Assembly (NCBI GenBank): GCA_047967505.1
Contig: CM106538.1
Direction: 5' to 3' (one strand)
Length of the DNA stretch: 64,000 nt
Source of the DNA: Dipteris shenzhenensis
Lineage: Eukaryota
The position numbers were made by a program, and so were the translations under genes. Shown piece after piece: positions 14,601-28,100 of this stretch (position 1 is the first letter of the stretch; every line of letters starts with the position of its first letter). The notes under the pieces were generated by a model that did no database searches, had not been told where the DNA came from, and saw only the letters and a list, made by a program, of their open reading frames with translations.

Positions 14601-16076
14601 ATGTAGTCTCATTGCAAGGAAACAATATTCAACATGGAAAATGTATTTGATGCTACGCTTCTTTTAGTAAATCCCAAACGAATCACCACGCTTGTTTTTG
14701 TAAATCCCAAATGATAAATCCCACGCTTGTTCGCTGGTTTTATTAAATCCCATAATGAATCCAAAATCCACAAACCCTAAATTGTATGCCATTCATCTTG
14801 TAATAATAGAAGCAAACCACCACGATGGTGGCAGTTGATATCCTAGTGTGCAACCAACCACCATAATGGCAACCACTTATCTTGCACTGCCACCGTGCTA
14901 TCCTAAAATTTGCAAAGTGCTATACTAAAACAGTCCCCTTTAGGTTGGTTATTTTTAACTGTCAGATTTCAGCCCCACCAGGCTACTTAAGACATTAGAG
15001 TAGTAACATTTCATTGCTTCATCCACCTCATGTATTAAGCAATCATGTATAAACTTGAGATCCATCCGAGTTTACTTTGATAGACTAAAATAAAACCAGT
15101 TAACAGTTTACTCGAGCAGACCTGAGATAATTCATATATGTTCACAAAATGTTGTGCTCTAAGAATAAACCAACGGTCTTTCCAGAGACATTTAAGTATT
15201 AACATGAAAGTAGGTTGACACAAAATCAGGTATTATGAGCACCATAGATCATGGATGATGGCAGCTAGAGAAAGTCCATGAGTCCATGAAGTGCCTGCAA
15301 GATTTTTACTTTTTTAAAAATACAATGACATTTTGTGGCCCAGGGAAATTCCAAACTTCAGACTATCTTATCAACCTCTCTATAGAAAGCATCTCCTAGC
15401 TCTTTAGGCCAGTCTGATGAGCTATCGTAGACCTCATTACACACTCGGACCACCAACTTCTTGCTTGCCTCTACTGACTTGTATGCCCATAGTAACTCCT
15501 CCTTTTACTCGGGGGGTCGTCTTCATCCTAGTATTAGCGCTCTATACAACTTCGTGCCACCATCATGTCTTGCTAAAAGAAACCTACATCTTGAGCTTGA
15601 CAAGTACCTTAAAGGAGTAGGAAAAATGATAGCTAGGGAAATTGATATTCACCGTCTTTGCCGACTCCAAGTCATATAGCCAATTGTGAAGCATGTCCTC
15701 CTTGTATTATTATCCTCCTTCTCTGGGTATGGTTTTGTGCAAGGAGGTCATCCACCATTGTTCTTAGATAGAACATGAGCATTCCAAAGTCTTTTGGGTA
15801 TGCCATAGTTTTACTGTAGGTGGATCGGTGTATATAGTTTTGGGGATAGATTTCATGATGGGTTGTGTTTGCACTACACTTAAATAGGAGAGAGTTCATT
15901 GAGCCCAGCCTTCTCATTCTTCTTTCATACAACCTAACATGTCCACCTCTCATCATTCGGCTGAGGTGGGTATTATTTTCCGTCAATGTATTGAAAGTCT
16001 ACCAAAGATATGCAAGGATAATGTGATAACAATAACTTCCATACATGGAAGTTACAACAAGAATCACAAATACAGT

Positions 16077-16885
16077 ATTAGGGGAGATTTGGGGTCTCAA
16101 AAGAGCCTCCAATTAGTGTTTCCTAATTTCAAGGGATTAGAGAGCAATTTGAGGTGTACCAATGAGAGTGCTTTGAGGTGTGGGGCAATGCCACATTGAA
16201 GTTGACAAAAGCATTTAATTGTATGGAGACCTCTAACCCAGAGTTTGGACCCATGATCTTCACTCCTAGCCCTTGATCTAATCTTCAATCCAAGGGATAC
16301 ATTCAAATTTGAGATAAAGCACTCCCAACCATTAGATCAAGGGGTAGATCTAAGGGATACCATCAAAGGATAGAAGGATCAAATCTCCGCCCTTGACCAA
16401 CGCAAAGATCTAATGGACAAGATGAGAGGAAAATGCGCTTCAATATGGGCCATAGATTTGCTAGTAGATCCAAGGGAGGAGATGAGTGCAAATGGTGCTT
16501 CAATTCGACGGGCCCTAGATTTGGAAGTAGATCAAGGGATGAGGGGGAAAGGCGCTTGATGAATCTGGGCCCTTGATTTGCAAGTGGACAATCCAAGCCA
16601 TCCAAAATGTGCTTCAATCTCACCCTCCATGAGGCGCCTCCATCTCATCCATTGATCTTGGACTTGAATCAAGGGCCCATATTAAAACCCACCTTTCCCA
16701 TCTTAATGAGGCCTCCCATCACCTCCAACCAAAGACCAAGGTTTCCCAATTTTAAAATAAAGGTACCCATGTCAGTTGAGTCAATGCTATGGGTCCCTTA
16801 GCCCATGGGTTACCATAGTAGGTTCATTTCTAATTAACTTAATCCATTCCTTATGAGGCCTTTTGAGACCCAAATCTCCCCTAAT
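16077..16885. mobile_element. Non-autonomous TIR element (ATTAGGGGAG family)
   Basis: attaggggagatttggggtctcaaaagagcctc ... gaggccttttgagacccaaatctcccctaat form ~31-bp inverted termini; no credible coding content. Confidence 0.85.
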
Positions 16886-18484
16886 ATGATGGGATGATGT
16901 CACAAGAATCTATGTGAGGACCTGCAATCATGCACCTACCAATTACCATGACCGACGGGCTTGCATGATCACAGTAGAGTGCAGTTAATAACCAACATTG
17001 AGCTTGCATGTTTAGTAGAGTGCAATTAATTACTAGTCATCGAGCTTGCATGCTCAGTAGAGTGTAGGTAATTACCACAATTAATTACCAGTTAATTACC
17101 CTGACAGTGTCACAAGAATCTATGTGAACTCCTAAACGAATGAATTGTAAATGAATCCTAAATGGTAAATGAATGTATTGTATGACATTCATGAGGTGTC
17201 CAGGAGAGTTCATTGAGCTCGACCTTCTCATTCTTCTTTCATATGATCTGCAATGTCCACCTCTCATCATTTGGCTAAGGTGGATAGTCTTCTCTGTCAG
17301 CATGTTGGAACTCTAGCAAAGATATGCAAAGATAATGTGCGAGTAGAATAATACTAGTAATATTAGAAGCAAACCACCACACTGGTAGTAGTTAATATCC
17401 TAGTGTGCAACCAACCACCATGTTGGTGAACTCTTATCCTATATTAGAGGGGTGGTCGGCCCCTAAAAAAGACCTGAGTAATATATATCCAAGATTTACC
17501 CTTATACATTTTAAATTGGTTTCACTCAATGAAAAAGTGGTTTTGAAATGAAGTAAGAAAAAAAAGAAAAATGGGTGAAAACAAAAAAATAGAGTAGCCA
17601 AAGCTCCAAGAGATCAAGTGTGCCATCTTTGAAGAGCTTTGTATTCACACAAGGCTTTCAGGATAGTGGTGCTACATAGAGCATAGTGGGAGCCTTCAGG
17701 AATGTACTTCGTAAATTGTGGGTCCTTATAATATTGAAGGCCTTCCCATAGTTCCTCCTACAATCAATCCATCTTGCAAATGACAATCTCGAGTCGATGT
17801 TGTGGAACACTAAGCACCTCCTCCAATTAATCAATTTCTTATATGACAATCCTGGGTTGCCGAGGGACCCATTGCGAAATGGCTTCATTTTTTACAGGAC
17901 AAATTACAATATTCGGAGAACATTAATAATTCAATGGATTACATACAGATTACATAGATTACATATCAAAGACAAAATCATGAAGTGCATCAACCCTTTA
18001 CAAGGTGATATAGTAGCCAACCTCAAAATTAAAATAAAAGATACATGGACATGGCCAACCTCCATGACCAAGAAAACATAGAAAATGAAAATTTTAGATT
18101 CCTCTTCAAAATATATATTTTCTCATGTAATGCATCAAATTATTTCAAGGTGATTTAGTGATATGAAATCATTGACATAGCCAACTTAAAAGGTGGCTCC
18201 AAAGGCAAGATAAACAAAGAAAATGAAAATTTACCAGGTGATGTAGTGGAAGATCAAAGTCTTTTTGATTCAATAAAAAATTGCACTGACAAAGCCAACC
18301 TACAAGGTTTCTCCAAAGCACAAGAAATTATATAGAAAATATATTGCCTAGAGCTCTGCTACAAGGAACATAAGTTGTCATATTGACCAACCATCATTCG
18401 CTAAGTTAATTTGTAAATATTTTCTTTTCCATGTTTATCTATGTTGAAGTTGATACATCTATAAAGACACATGGATTTCAATCA

Positions 18485-18789
18485 GGTAGATGAAGGAATT
18501 TGACAATTTGGGCCATTCCAATGTCCATTTTTGGCAAATGTTGAAGGAATTTGACCACGGCATTGAAGCAAAGGGTCAGGACGTCATGGGGTGTCCAAAA
18601 ATGCAAAAACCCACCACGGTGCGAATTCACCTCCAAATGGCCGAATTCGCACTGTGGTGGGTTTTTGAATTTTTGAACACCCAATGACATCCTGACCAAC
18701 TTTGCCTTCTCCGCTGTGGTCAAATTCCTCCTACATTTGCCAAAAATTGGCATTGAACTGGCCAAAGTTGTCAAATTTCTTCATCTACC
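18485..18789. repeat. ~305-bp imperfect palindrome (MITE-like foldback)
   Basis: GGTAGATGAAGGAATTTGAC...GTCAAATTTCTTCATCTACC; arms pair almost to the centre. Confidence 0.85.
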
Positions 18790-19989
18790 CCTTCAAAATC
18801 TATATTCTTCATAGAAAATCATGAAATGCATCAATCTTTTACAAGGTGATGTAGGAAAATCTCAAATTTTGGTTTTTAACACTCCATCTAATCAATGTGG
18901 TGCCACAATCAAATCCCTTCTACATATGTATTGGAATGGCCAAACTTGGCAAACAACATTTTATTGACTTGTAAGTTACATCAAAATGTGATATAACTTT
19001 TGTGTGCAAGCTGATATAAAAAAAGATGCAATATTAAAAACAACAGATAATTAAAATAGACATAACAAAAGATTCACCATTTGGTCATAGAGACATGAAT
19101 TTTTTTTGTATTAGATAGAAGAATATTATTAGAAATAGGTATTTGTATTACAAAGAGGCTTCATAGCATGTTTCTCTTCTTCTTCAACTCTAATACACGA
19201 ATAATAGGGTCTTTGAATCCTTGACTAAGTCCTTAGAAAGACCGCTATGCTATTTGGAATCTCACATTCAACTCATAAGTTCTTATAATCTCATGTACAA
19301 CACATTGGAATGGATCACGTAGGTTGCCTTGGGTCAATACTGTGAATTCTCCATGCCTTCTTATTCCAAATGAATAGATTCTCCATTCTTGCTTGCTACT
19401 GCACACATGAAGAAACATCATTTTAGAAATTTAAATTTAATTAGATGTAATGCATCATGTGAATTCTTCTTCTTCAATCAACTTTTGAGCTTCAAGACAT
19501 ACATTAGCAGCATCACAAGCTCCAAGCATCTCCTTTGCATCACCATTCCCTTCAAGTCTTGCATAACCTCCAAAACAACTTACTCATGCATGACTTTGTG
19601 TCTTTCGATATGAAGAGTCCATATCATCCATGCCCACCATTCTCACATCATCCTCCATGAAGTTCCTAAAAGAACAACAACTAAGGGAACCTTAGCAAAA
19701 GCAATGCACCACTGTGGATAATACAAAGTAATAAATTACATTGAAACACTACGAAATTAACATTTTATCTCATATTCTCCTCTTTAGAGCACCTCTTGAG
19801 GTTCAAGATGCATCTTTTCTTGAAAAAAAAAATCTGGATCACATATTGATCCTGCAATGGTACGGTCACATGTAACATGGGAGATCTGCCCAAATGGTGC
19901 CATCAATAGTCGCAGAGTTTATAGAGACTCTGATAGGCCATGATAGAAGGTAGGTGATGTTTGAGGAGGGATGAGAAGGACCATGAATG

Positions 19990-20600
19990 GTTACAAGGGA
20001 GGAGAAGCAAGTAGAGGACTAGGTGTGAGGATGAGGGTAAACGAATACGCATGAGTAGGAGGAGTAGAGGCAATAGGAGCAGGCGTGAGCATGAGGCAAG
20101 AGGAGCCTACATGAGTAGGAGGAAGGAAGAGTAGGCATGAGCATGAGCGAAGATGAGAATGGATGAGCATGAGGGAGGAGGAGGAGCAGGAAAAAGCAGC
20201 AGGGGGAGAGGAGGAGGACACATGTGGAAGGAGGCAGAGGAGGAAAAAGCAACAGGGGGGGGAGGAGGAGGACGCATGTGGGAGGGGGGAGGAGGAGGAA
20301 AAAGCATCAGGGGGGGAGGAGGAGGAGGATGCATGTGGGAGGAGGGAGGAGGCGGCATGTGGACAAAGGGAGGAGGAGGGGGGGAAAGAGGAGGAAGGAG
20401 TGAGGCAAGGGGAGGGAGGGGTAGGGGGAGGAGGAGGAGGAGGAATGGGACGTGTGGAAGAGGAGGAGGGAGGAGGGAGACAAGGAGGAGGATGAGGGAA
20501 TTCCAATTCAAAATTCAAAATTTAAAAGTTTGACCTTGGAGGATGGGCGGAGGAGGGAGAGAGAGGGAATTCAATTTCGAAATTCGAATTTTTGACTTTG
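19990..20600 (+). repeat. GGA/purine-rich low-complexity tract punctuated by GCAT motifs
   Basis: (GGA)n and G-runs; duplicated at 27135-27640. Confidence 0.9.
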
Positions 20601-20769
20601 GAAAAAGCCCCCTCCTAGGTGTAAGAGGTGGGATCAACTGGGCGTAACCCACCTAGGTAGTGGGGGTTAGGACTCCCTTGGACCCCAAAAGAGGGCTTGC
20701 ATTAGGCCTAATCCATTTCTTAACCCATTCCTTGTCAGGCACTTTTGAGACCCCAGTTCTCCCCTAATG

Positions 20770-22000
20770 CTCCATCGTGGTTGCTCTCTGCATCCTTCCT
20801 AGCCTAGAGAGCTGCCTCATTGTCTTCTCCACCGTGGTTGCTCTCTGCCCCATCCTTCCTGGCCTTGAAGCTCTCTCACACCTCCTGCATCACCACTTTG
20901 GATTCTAGATTCTACCTTTTCATTTCCTCCATCGTCTGGTATTTTTCAAATTTTAATGCATTCTGCATGTTGCAGAGCCGTTTGTAAAGAGCCTCCTTTT
21001 CAGCTGTCTGATCTTCAAGATCCTTTCTCATCATTGCTAGCTCCTTGTTCGCGATGTCCCCATTAGGTCTAACTTCTTCAATCCTATCTCAGAGCTCCTT
21101 GAGGTGCTTCTCTTCTTCTTCTCTTCTATGCCTTTCCATGTCGACCCATTTTTGCAATGGCCTTAGCTTGCTCCTGTGCCTACAAGGCCCTTGCTTCTGC
21201 CTCCTCTACCTTGGCTTCTGCACCCTCCCTAAGAATTTTCTCAAGTGGCACTACCTTTGCTACATCGGTGGCTTTCTCTTGTAGAAAAGTCACCTTCTCA
21301 GACATCTTCTTACTGTATTGCTAAAAAATCCCTTTGAGGATAGATGTCATCAGGTGCATTGCAACTCTAGTGGATTGAGATGACAATTTGGTTTGCCATC
21401 CACACAATTCTTTAGGTTGGTTATCACGCTCTTGGAGAGCGCCCTTGAGAAAGAGACATCACGTCCTTCTCACATCCTTTCAATTGCTCTACTGCTACTT
21501 GGACCTACCAAAACTTCATGGTTCCTCTTGTATCAACAAGAAAGAAGTGCAGTGTCTTCTTTAGCACACCTTGGAGGTCTGTTGGCAAGCTAGAAAGCTT
21601 TACTCCACCATCTTCACTAATCTGAGCATTGGCGTATACATCTAGAATACCCTCTCTCTTCCATTGATTCTCGAAGAAGTGCGCTTGCAAATTGCCTCCA
21701 GAAATGCCTAGCACATTTTCAATCATGCTTTCAGTGATGGTAATCTTTTGAGCTTGACCGACTATTTGTCCCTCCTTCATGTTGACCTTCTGTACCAACC
21801 TGGTGAAGTTGCTGGGAGCATCCAAATTGGGCTTTTGAAGAGCCAGTGAGGAGCTCCTAGATGTCATGATTTTAAGAAAGGGAGGAGAGGCTCTCGAACT
21901 GTGCTGCAAGGGAGGAAAGATTGTGTGAGGAGCTCTTGGACTATGCAGGGGGGGAGGAAAGATGATTTGAGGAGCTTTCAAACTGTGCGGACATTTTTTG
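20770..22000 (-). pseudogene. Degenerate ORF of unknown, probably TE-borne coiled-coil protein
   Basis: Fragments ITITESMIENVLGISGG... and a Glu/Lys-rich C-terminal part (MQAQEQAEAITK...RDRLEEARTN in copy 2); broken differently in the two copies. Confidence 0.4.
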
Positions 22001-24836
22001 GAGCTCGCTCTGTCCAGCTGGATTAATTATGAGAGGGGATAGAAGTTGCAGGAAGAGTGCAAGAGAGAAAGAAAGGGTCGAGAGGGATAGAAGATGAAAC
22101 AGTGAAGGGAATGGAATAGTGAGGTTGAAGTTTGCACTCCGAGTGCAAGGCAAAAAGAACTGGTCAAAAGGGATAGAAGATGAAATAGTGAAGGGAATGG
22201 AATAGCGGAGGCTTAAGTTTGTAGCCTAACTATAAGGAATTGTCAAGGTGAGAGCCACTGGCCCGAATTTTGATTAATACAAGGCGGCAATACTACCTTG
22301 TATGGTAATGAGTGATTAGAGGTGATTAGGCTTCATGATTTATGTCTGTCTCCCATCTTTCATTGGTGGTGGCCAATGGTGGTGGCGTGTAAGATTACCA
22401 ACCATGTCTATGGTGGCAGCTAAGATTCCATCGGGTTGGCAGTTAATTATTAGCCATCGAAGTGGCCCGCGATTATTCACCTGCCAATTACAAGCACCGG
22501 GCTTGCATGCACAATTACTATGAGTACAATAAATTACCAGTCACCTCGAGCTTGCATGCTCAGTAGAGTGCATGGTAATGAGTGATTAGATATGATTAGG
22601 CTTCATGATCTACTTTTGCAGTAATTAATGTCGGGTGGTGGTAGTGGCAGCAGCAGAGTACTGTTGTCTTTGTTGGGGAGGTCGTAATTTGAGTCCTGGC
22701 AATCTGCATGGCCTCTCCATTGTCTCCTCCATTTGCTCCCTAAAAAACTTGAATGCAACAAGTTGGGCTATCGGTAATACTGAGTTGTACAAATTTTCTC
22801 TCGCTCAATGAGGCTCATAGCCACTCTTAACAATGGTTGGATGTAATCTTTTCTAGCCTCTAAGTCTCAACGATCTTTTGGTCTCTAAGACTCTCAAAAA
22901 TTGCTAAGTTTTTACATTTATGTAATCTCTTTTGTTCAATTTGAGGCTCTCAATATGCACTGTTGTTAATTTTATATTTGAGTGGTTATGGTTGCTAGAT
23001 GTCTTTTGGCCTCTAAGGCTCTTAGTAATTGCTGAGTTTTTATAAATGTAAGATCTTCTATTCAATTTTTGCTTAGTATAAGTTGTTATTAATTTTTATA
23101 TAACCTGCTATTGGATATAGATGTAATCTCTTTTGCTCAATTTGTACTCGACTAATTGTAGTTGATTATCTGGATGGCACCACCGGGCCTCTAGTCAGTG
23201 TGGTGACTCAAAATAAAATTTCCCTCATTTAGGATTTATTGCAATAAGGACTGAAATACCACTAAAGTGGGACTACAATTTCCTTGGTTTAGGACCAAAA
23301 TAGTCCTAAAATGGCTCCAACAACCCATCTTTGTGGTTGCATGGAGATACATCTAGAAAAATACAATTAAGTCTTTACACCTTCAGAAACCATGAAACCC
23401 TAAATGCATGTGCTACTATGGACCTGAGAAGTGAATCGACTAAGCTTTAGTTTACTAGCTCGATTGTGATCTTTAAGATAATACACGTGTGTTATAGCTC
23501 TATATCTTGTTTAGAATATAAAGTTAATTTCTCCATATTTCATTACCTTGTGATCACACATGCATTTTGCGGCCGTGCTTTTTATAATGCCTAGTGGCAT
23601 AAACATAACATTTGTATGAGGTCCTAAGGATGTGACTTTTAGAGTAGGTTTCTTATTGATTTTATGACACATACTTGGACATGAAAATCCTTTGATTTCC
23701 TTTAATCCCTTTTTTTATAAGGCAAGCAATCAAGTCTTTGGGAGCACTTTGCAAAAATAAATCTATATGCAAACAACTTTAGCCATGTAGGATTTCTACA
23801 TACTCTCTTCATGCATGGATTTCCACCATTTATATCCAGTGGATGTGGCTTGATGTGGTATGTTCACTCATAGAAAGTTTGCATGCATCATTAGGATCAC
23901 ACACATGCTACTTCTCTATCCTTCCAAAAATCACAAACTTTGTTAACATATTTTGACCCTAAACTAAGTCATAACATATTTCCCTTATGACAGGTTGATA
24001 ACAACTATTATATTCATTTTATTTGCATGACATTTCCCCAGCCCCTCCAAAGATGCTCAATTTGTGACATAATGGATCCCTCCCCCCCTCCTCCTTACAT
24101 GTTCATATAGTGAGTGGGGAGATAGGGTGCTCTCTATTAACTTACACTCTATATTTTACTTCTTAAAAGTAAGATATGGAGCATAAGCTAATAGAAGGGG
24201 TTTTTAAAGCTACTATGTGTATGTGGTTGTTTGAATCCTGTATACATTCCTAAACGAGCATGTAAACACTTAGGAGAATGAGAATGATTTGCAAAGGTCA
24301 TAGATCTTAGATCCTCATTGAAAGGTCTAGAGTTAAAACTCATTAAGATTTATAACAAACATAGGAACAAGAATATCAAAATTATATATTGCTTTAACAT
24401 GTACTAGTAACTAATCACAAATGCTAGTTAAACTTTCAATTCTAACATGTTACACTTTTGAAGTGAAGTTATTGCACAAAGTAACCCTTTATATGCTAAA
24501 TTATTCTCACAACAACAATACATGGCATGGCTCACTCGTGCTACTCAAGATTGTAAGTGACCATGGAGGACATGAGCTTTTAAATGGAAATGTAAACTTT
24601 CAATTGAAATAGTAATCTTCATGTACAATTAAGGAATTATTCAAATAATGCCTTACAACTTAGGTAAATTGTAGATTTCGCTTCATAGAACAAGTGAGTA
24701 TAAGTACTTGTGATGAGCACTGTCTTCAAATTGGTTCTGTCAAAGGAAAACAATTGTCAAGATGAATGAATGATCAATTTGTAAGGCTTATGAAGGAAGC
24801 CCATGTATAGAAAAGTTTGAATGATTTGCAAACTCT

Positions 24837-24852
24837 ATGTGTGTGTGTGTGT

Positions 24853-24940
<88 letters not shown>
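24837..24940. repeat. (TG)n(GA)n microsatellite at the duplication junction
   Basis: Direct inspection. Confidence 0.95.
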
Positions 24941-24944
<4 letters not shown>

Positions 24945-25123
24945 CCAAATGGCCAAACTCGCACCGTGGCGGGTTTGTTTTTGGACACCCCATGATGTCC
25001 TGACCAACTTTGCCATTTGCGCCGTGGTCAAATTCCTCCTACATTTGCCAAAAATGGACATCGAAATGGCCGAAGTTGCCAAACTCCTTCATCTACCCCT
25101 TCAAAATCTATATTTCTTCATAG

Positions 25124-28100
25124 AAAATCATGAAGTGCATCAACCCTTTACAAGGTGATATAGTAGCCAACCTCAAAATTAAAATAAAAGATACATGGAC
25201 ATGGCCAACCTCCATGACCAAGAAAACATAGAAAATGAAAATTTTAGATTCCTCTTCAAAATATATATTTTCTCATGTAATGCATCAAATTATTTCAAGG
25301 TGTTTTGGTGATATGAAATCAAATATTTCATTGACATAGCCAACTTAAATGGTGGCTCCAAAGGCAAGATAAACAAAGAAAATGAAAATTTACAAGGTGA
25401 TGTAGTGGAAGATCAAAGTCTTTTGGATTAAATAAAAAATTGCATTGACATAGCCAACCTACAAGGTTCCTCCAAAGTGCAAGAAATTATATAGAAAATA
25501 TATTGCCTAAGGGTCTTACCAGAGATGTGCTATAAGGCACATAAGTTATCATATTGACCAACCATCATTTGCTGAGTTACTTTGTAAATATTTTCTTTTC
25601 CATGTTTATCTATGTTGAAGTAGATGCATGTATAAAGACACATGGATTTCAATCAGGTAGATGAAGGAATTTGACAATTTGGGCCATTCCAATGTCCATT
25701 TTTGGCAAATGTTGAAGGAATTTGACCGTGACACTGAATACAAAGTTGGTCAGGACATCATGGGGTGTCCAAGAATGCAAAAACCCACCACGGTGCGAAT
25801 TCTTGGACACCCCATGACGTCCCGACCAACTTTGCCTTCTCTGCAGCGGTCAAATTCCTCCAACATTTGCCAAAAATTGACATTGAAATGGCAAATGTTG
25901 TCAAATTTCTTCATCTACCCCTTCAAAATCTATATTTCTTCATAGAAAATCATGAAATGCATCAATCCTTTACAAGGTGATGTAGGAAAATCTCAAATTT
26001 TGGTTTTCAAACACTCCATCTAATCAATGTGGTGCAACGGTCAAATCCCTTCTACATATGTATTGGAATGGCCAAACTTGGCAAACAACATTTTATTGAC
26101 TTGTAAGTTACATCAAAATGTGATATAACTTTTGTGTGCAAGCTGATATAAAAAAAGATGCAATATTGAAAACAATAGATAATTAAAATAGACATAACAA
26201 AAGATTCACCATTTGGCCATAGATACATGAATTGTTTTTGGTTTAGATAGAAGAATATTATTAGAAATAGGTATTTGTATTTCAAATTGTATTATAAAGA
26301 GGCTTCATAGCCTATTTCTCTTCTTCTTCAACTCTAATACATAAATAATAGGGTCTTTGAATCCTCAACTAAGTCCTTAGAAAGACCGCTATGCTATTTG
26401 GAATCTCACATTCAACTCGTAAGTTCTTATAATCTCATGTACAACACATTGGAATGGATCACGTAGGTTGCCTTGGGTCAATACTGTGAATTCTCCATGC
26501 CTTCTTGTTCCAAATGAATAGATTCTCCATTCTTGCTTGCTACTAGACACGTGAAAAAACATCATTTTAGAAATTCAAATTTAAATAGATGTAATGCATC
26601 ATGTGAATTCTTCTTCTTCAATCAACTTTTGAGCTTGAAGACTTACATTAGCAGCATCACAAGCTCTAGGCATCTCCTTTGCATCACCATTCTCTTCAAG
26701 TCCTGCATCACCTCCAAAACAACTTGCTCATGCATGACTTTGTGTCTTTCGATATGAAGAGTCCATATCATCCATGCCCACCATTCTTATATCATCCTCC
26801 ATGAAGCTCTTGAAAGAACAACTAAGGGAACCTTAGCAAAAGCAATGCACCACTCCGGGATAATCCAAAGTAAGAAATTACATTGAAACACTACGAAACT
26901 AACATTTTATCTCATATTCTCCTCTTTAGAGCACCTCCGGAGGTTCAAGATGCTTCTTTTCTTGAAAAGAAAAATCATGGATCACCTATTGAGCTTGCAA
27001 CTGTACGGTCACATGGTAACATGGGAGATCTCCCCAAATGGTGCCATCAATAGTCGCAGAGTTTATAGAGACTCTGATAGGCCATGATAGAGGGTAGGTG
27101 ATTTTTGAGGAGGGATGAGAAGGACCATGAATGATTACGAGGGAGGAGAAGCAAGTAGAGGATTAGGTGTGAGGATGAGGGTAGACGAATACGCATGAGT
27201 AGGAGGAGTAGAGGCAACATGAGCAGGCATGAGCATGAGAGGAGCCTGCATGAGTAGGAGGAAGGAGGAGTAGGCATGAGCATGAGGAAAGATGAGAATG
27301 GATGAGCATGAGGGAGGAGGAGGAGCAGGAAAAAGCATCGGGGGGGGGGGGGAGGGAGGAGGAGGATGCATGTGGGAGGAGGGGGGAGGAGGAAAAAGCA
27401 TCAGGGGGGGAGGAGGAGGATGCACGTGGGAGGAGGGAGGAGGTGTGTGGACAAAGGGAGGAGGAGGGGGGGAGAGAGGAGGGAGGAGGGAGGCAGGGGG
27501 AGGGAGGAGGAGGAGGAGGAGGAGGAGGAGGAGGAGGGGGAGGAATGGGATGTGTGGAAGAGGAGGAGGGAGGAGGGAGACAAGGAGGAGGAGGGAATTC
27601 AAATTCAGAAGTTTGACCTTGGAGGAGGAGCGAGAGAGAGGGAATTCAAATTCAAAATTCAAATTTTTGACTTTGGGAAAAGTGCCCCCTCCTTGGTGTA
27701 AGAGGTGGCCCCCTCCTAGGTGTAAGAGGTGGGATCAACTGGGCTTAACCCACCTAGGTAGGGGGGTTAGGACTCCCTTGGACCCCACAAGAGGGCTTGC
27801 ATTAGGCCTAATCCATTTCTTAACCCATTCCTTATGAGGCCCTTTTAAGACCCCAATTCTCCCCTAATGCTCCACCATGGTTGCTCTCTACATCCTTCCT
27901 AGCCTGGAGAGCTGCCTCATTGTCTTCTCCACCGTGGCTGCTCTCTGCCCCATCCTTTCTGGCCTTGAAGCTCCCTCACACCTCCTGCATCACCACTTTG
28001 GATTCTGCATTCTCCGTTTTCATATCCTCCATCATCTGGTCTTTTTCAAATTTCAATGCGTTCTGCATGTTGCAGAGCCGTTTTTAAAGAGCCTCCTTTT

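Larger units (their letters stand above)
17443..20768. mobile_element. Larger member of the ATTAGGGGAG TIR family (left TIR degenerate)
   Basis: Right end cttttgagaccccagttctcccctaat matches the family; left attagaggggtgg...aaaaaagacctg lies where similarity to 14805-14885 stops. Confidence 0.5.
17975..24940 (+). repeat. Copy 1 of ~7.1-kb tandem duplication
   Basis: Colinear with 25124-32054 from aaaatcatgaagtgcatcaaccc to the (TG)n(GA)n tract. Confidence 0.93.

Noticed and set aside
19991-20533. Pro-rich (extensin-like) and Gly/Glu-rich ORFs, also at 27135-27837
   Set aside because: Open in nearly all frames because the GGA tract lacks stops; frames differ between the duplicates
23560-23600. 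Helitron 3' end (CTAGT) explaining the tandem duplication
   Set aside because: No convincing subterminal hairpin and it is not at the duplication boundary
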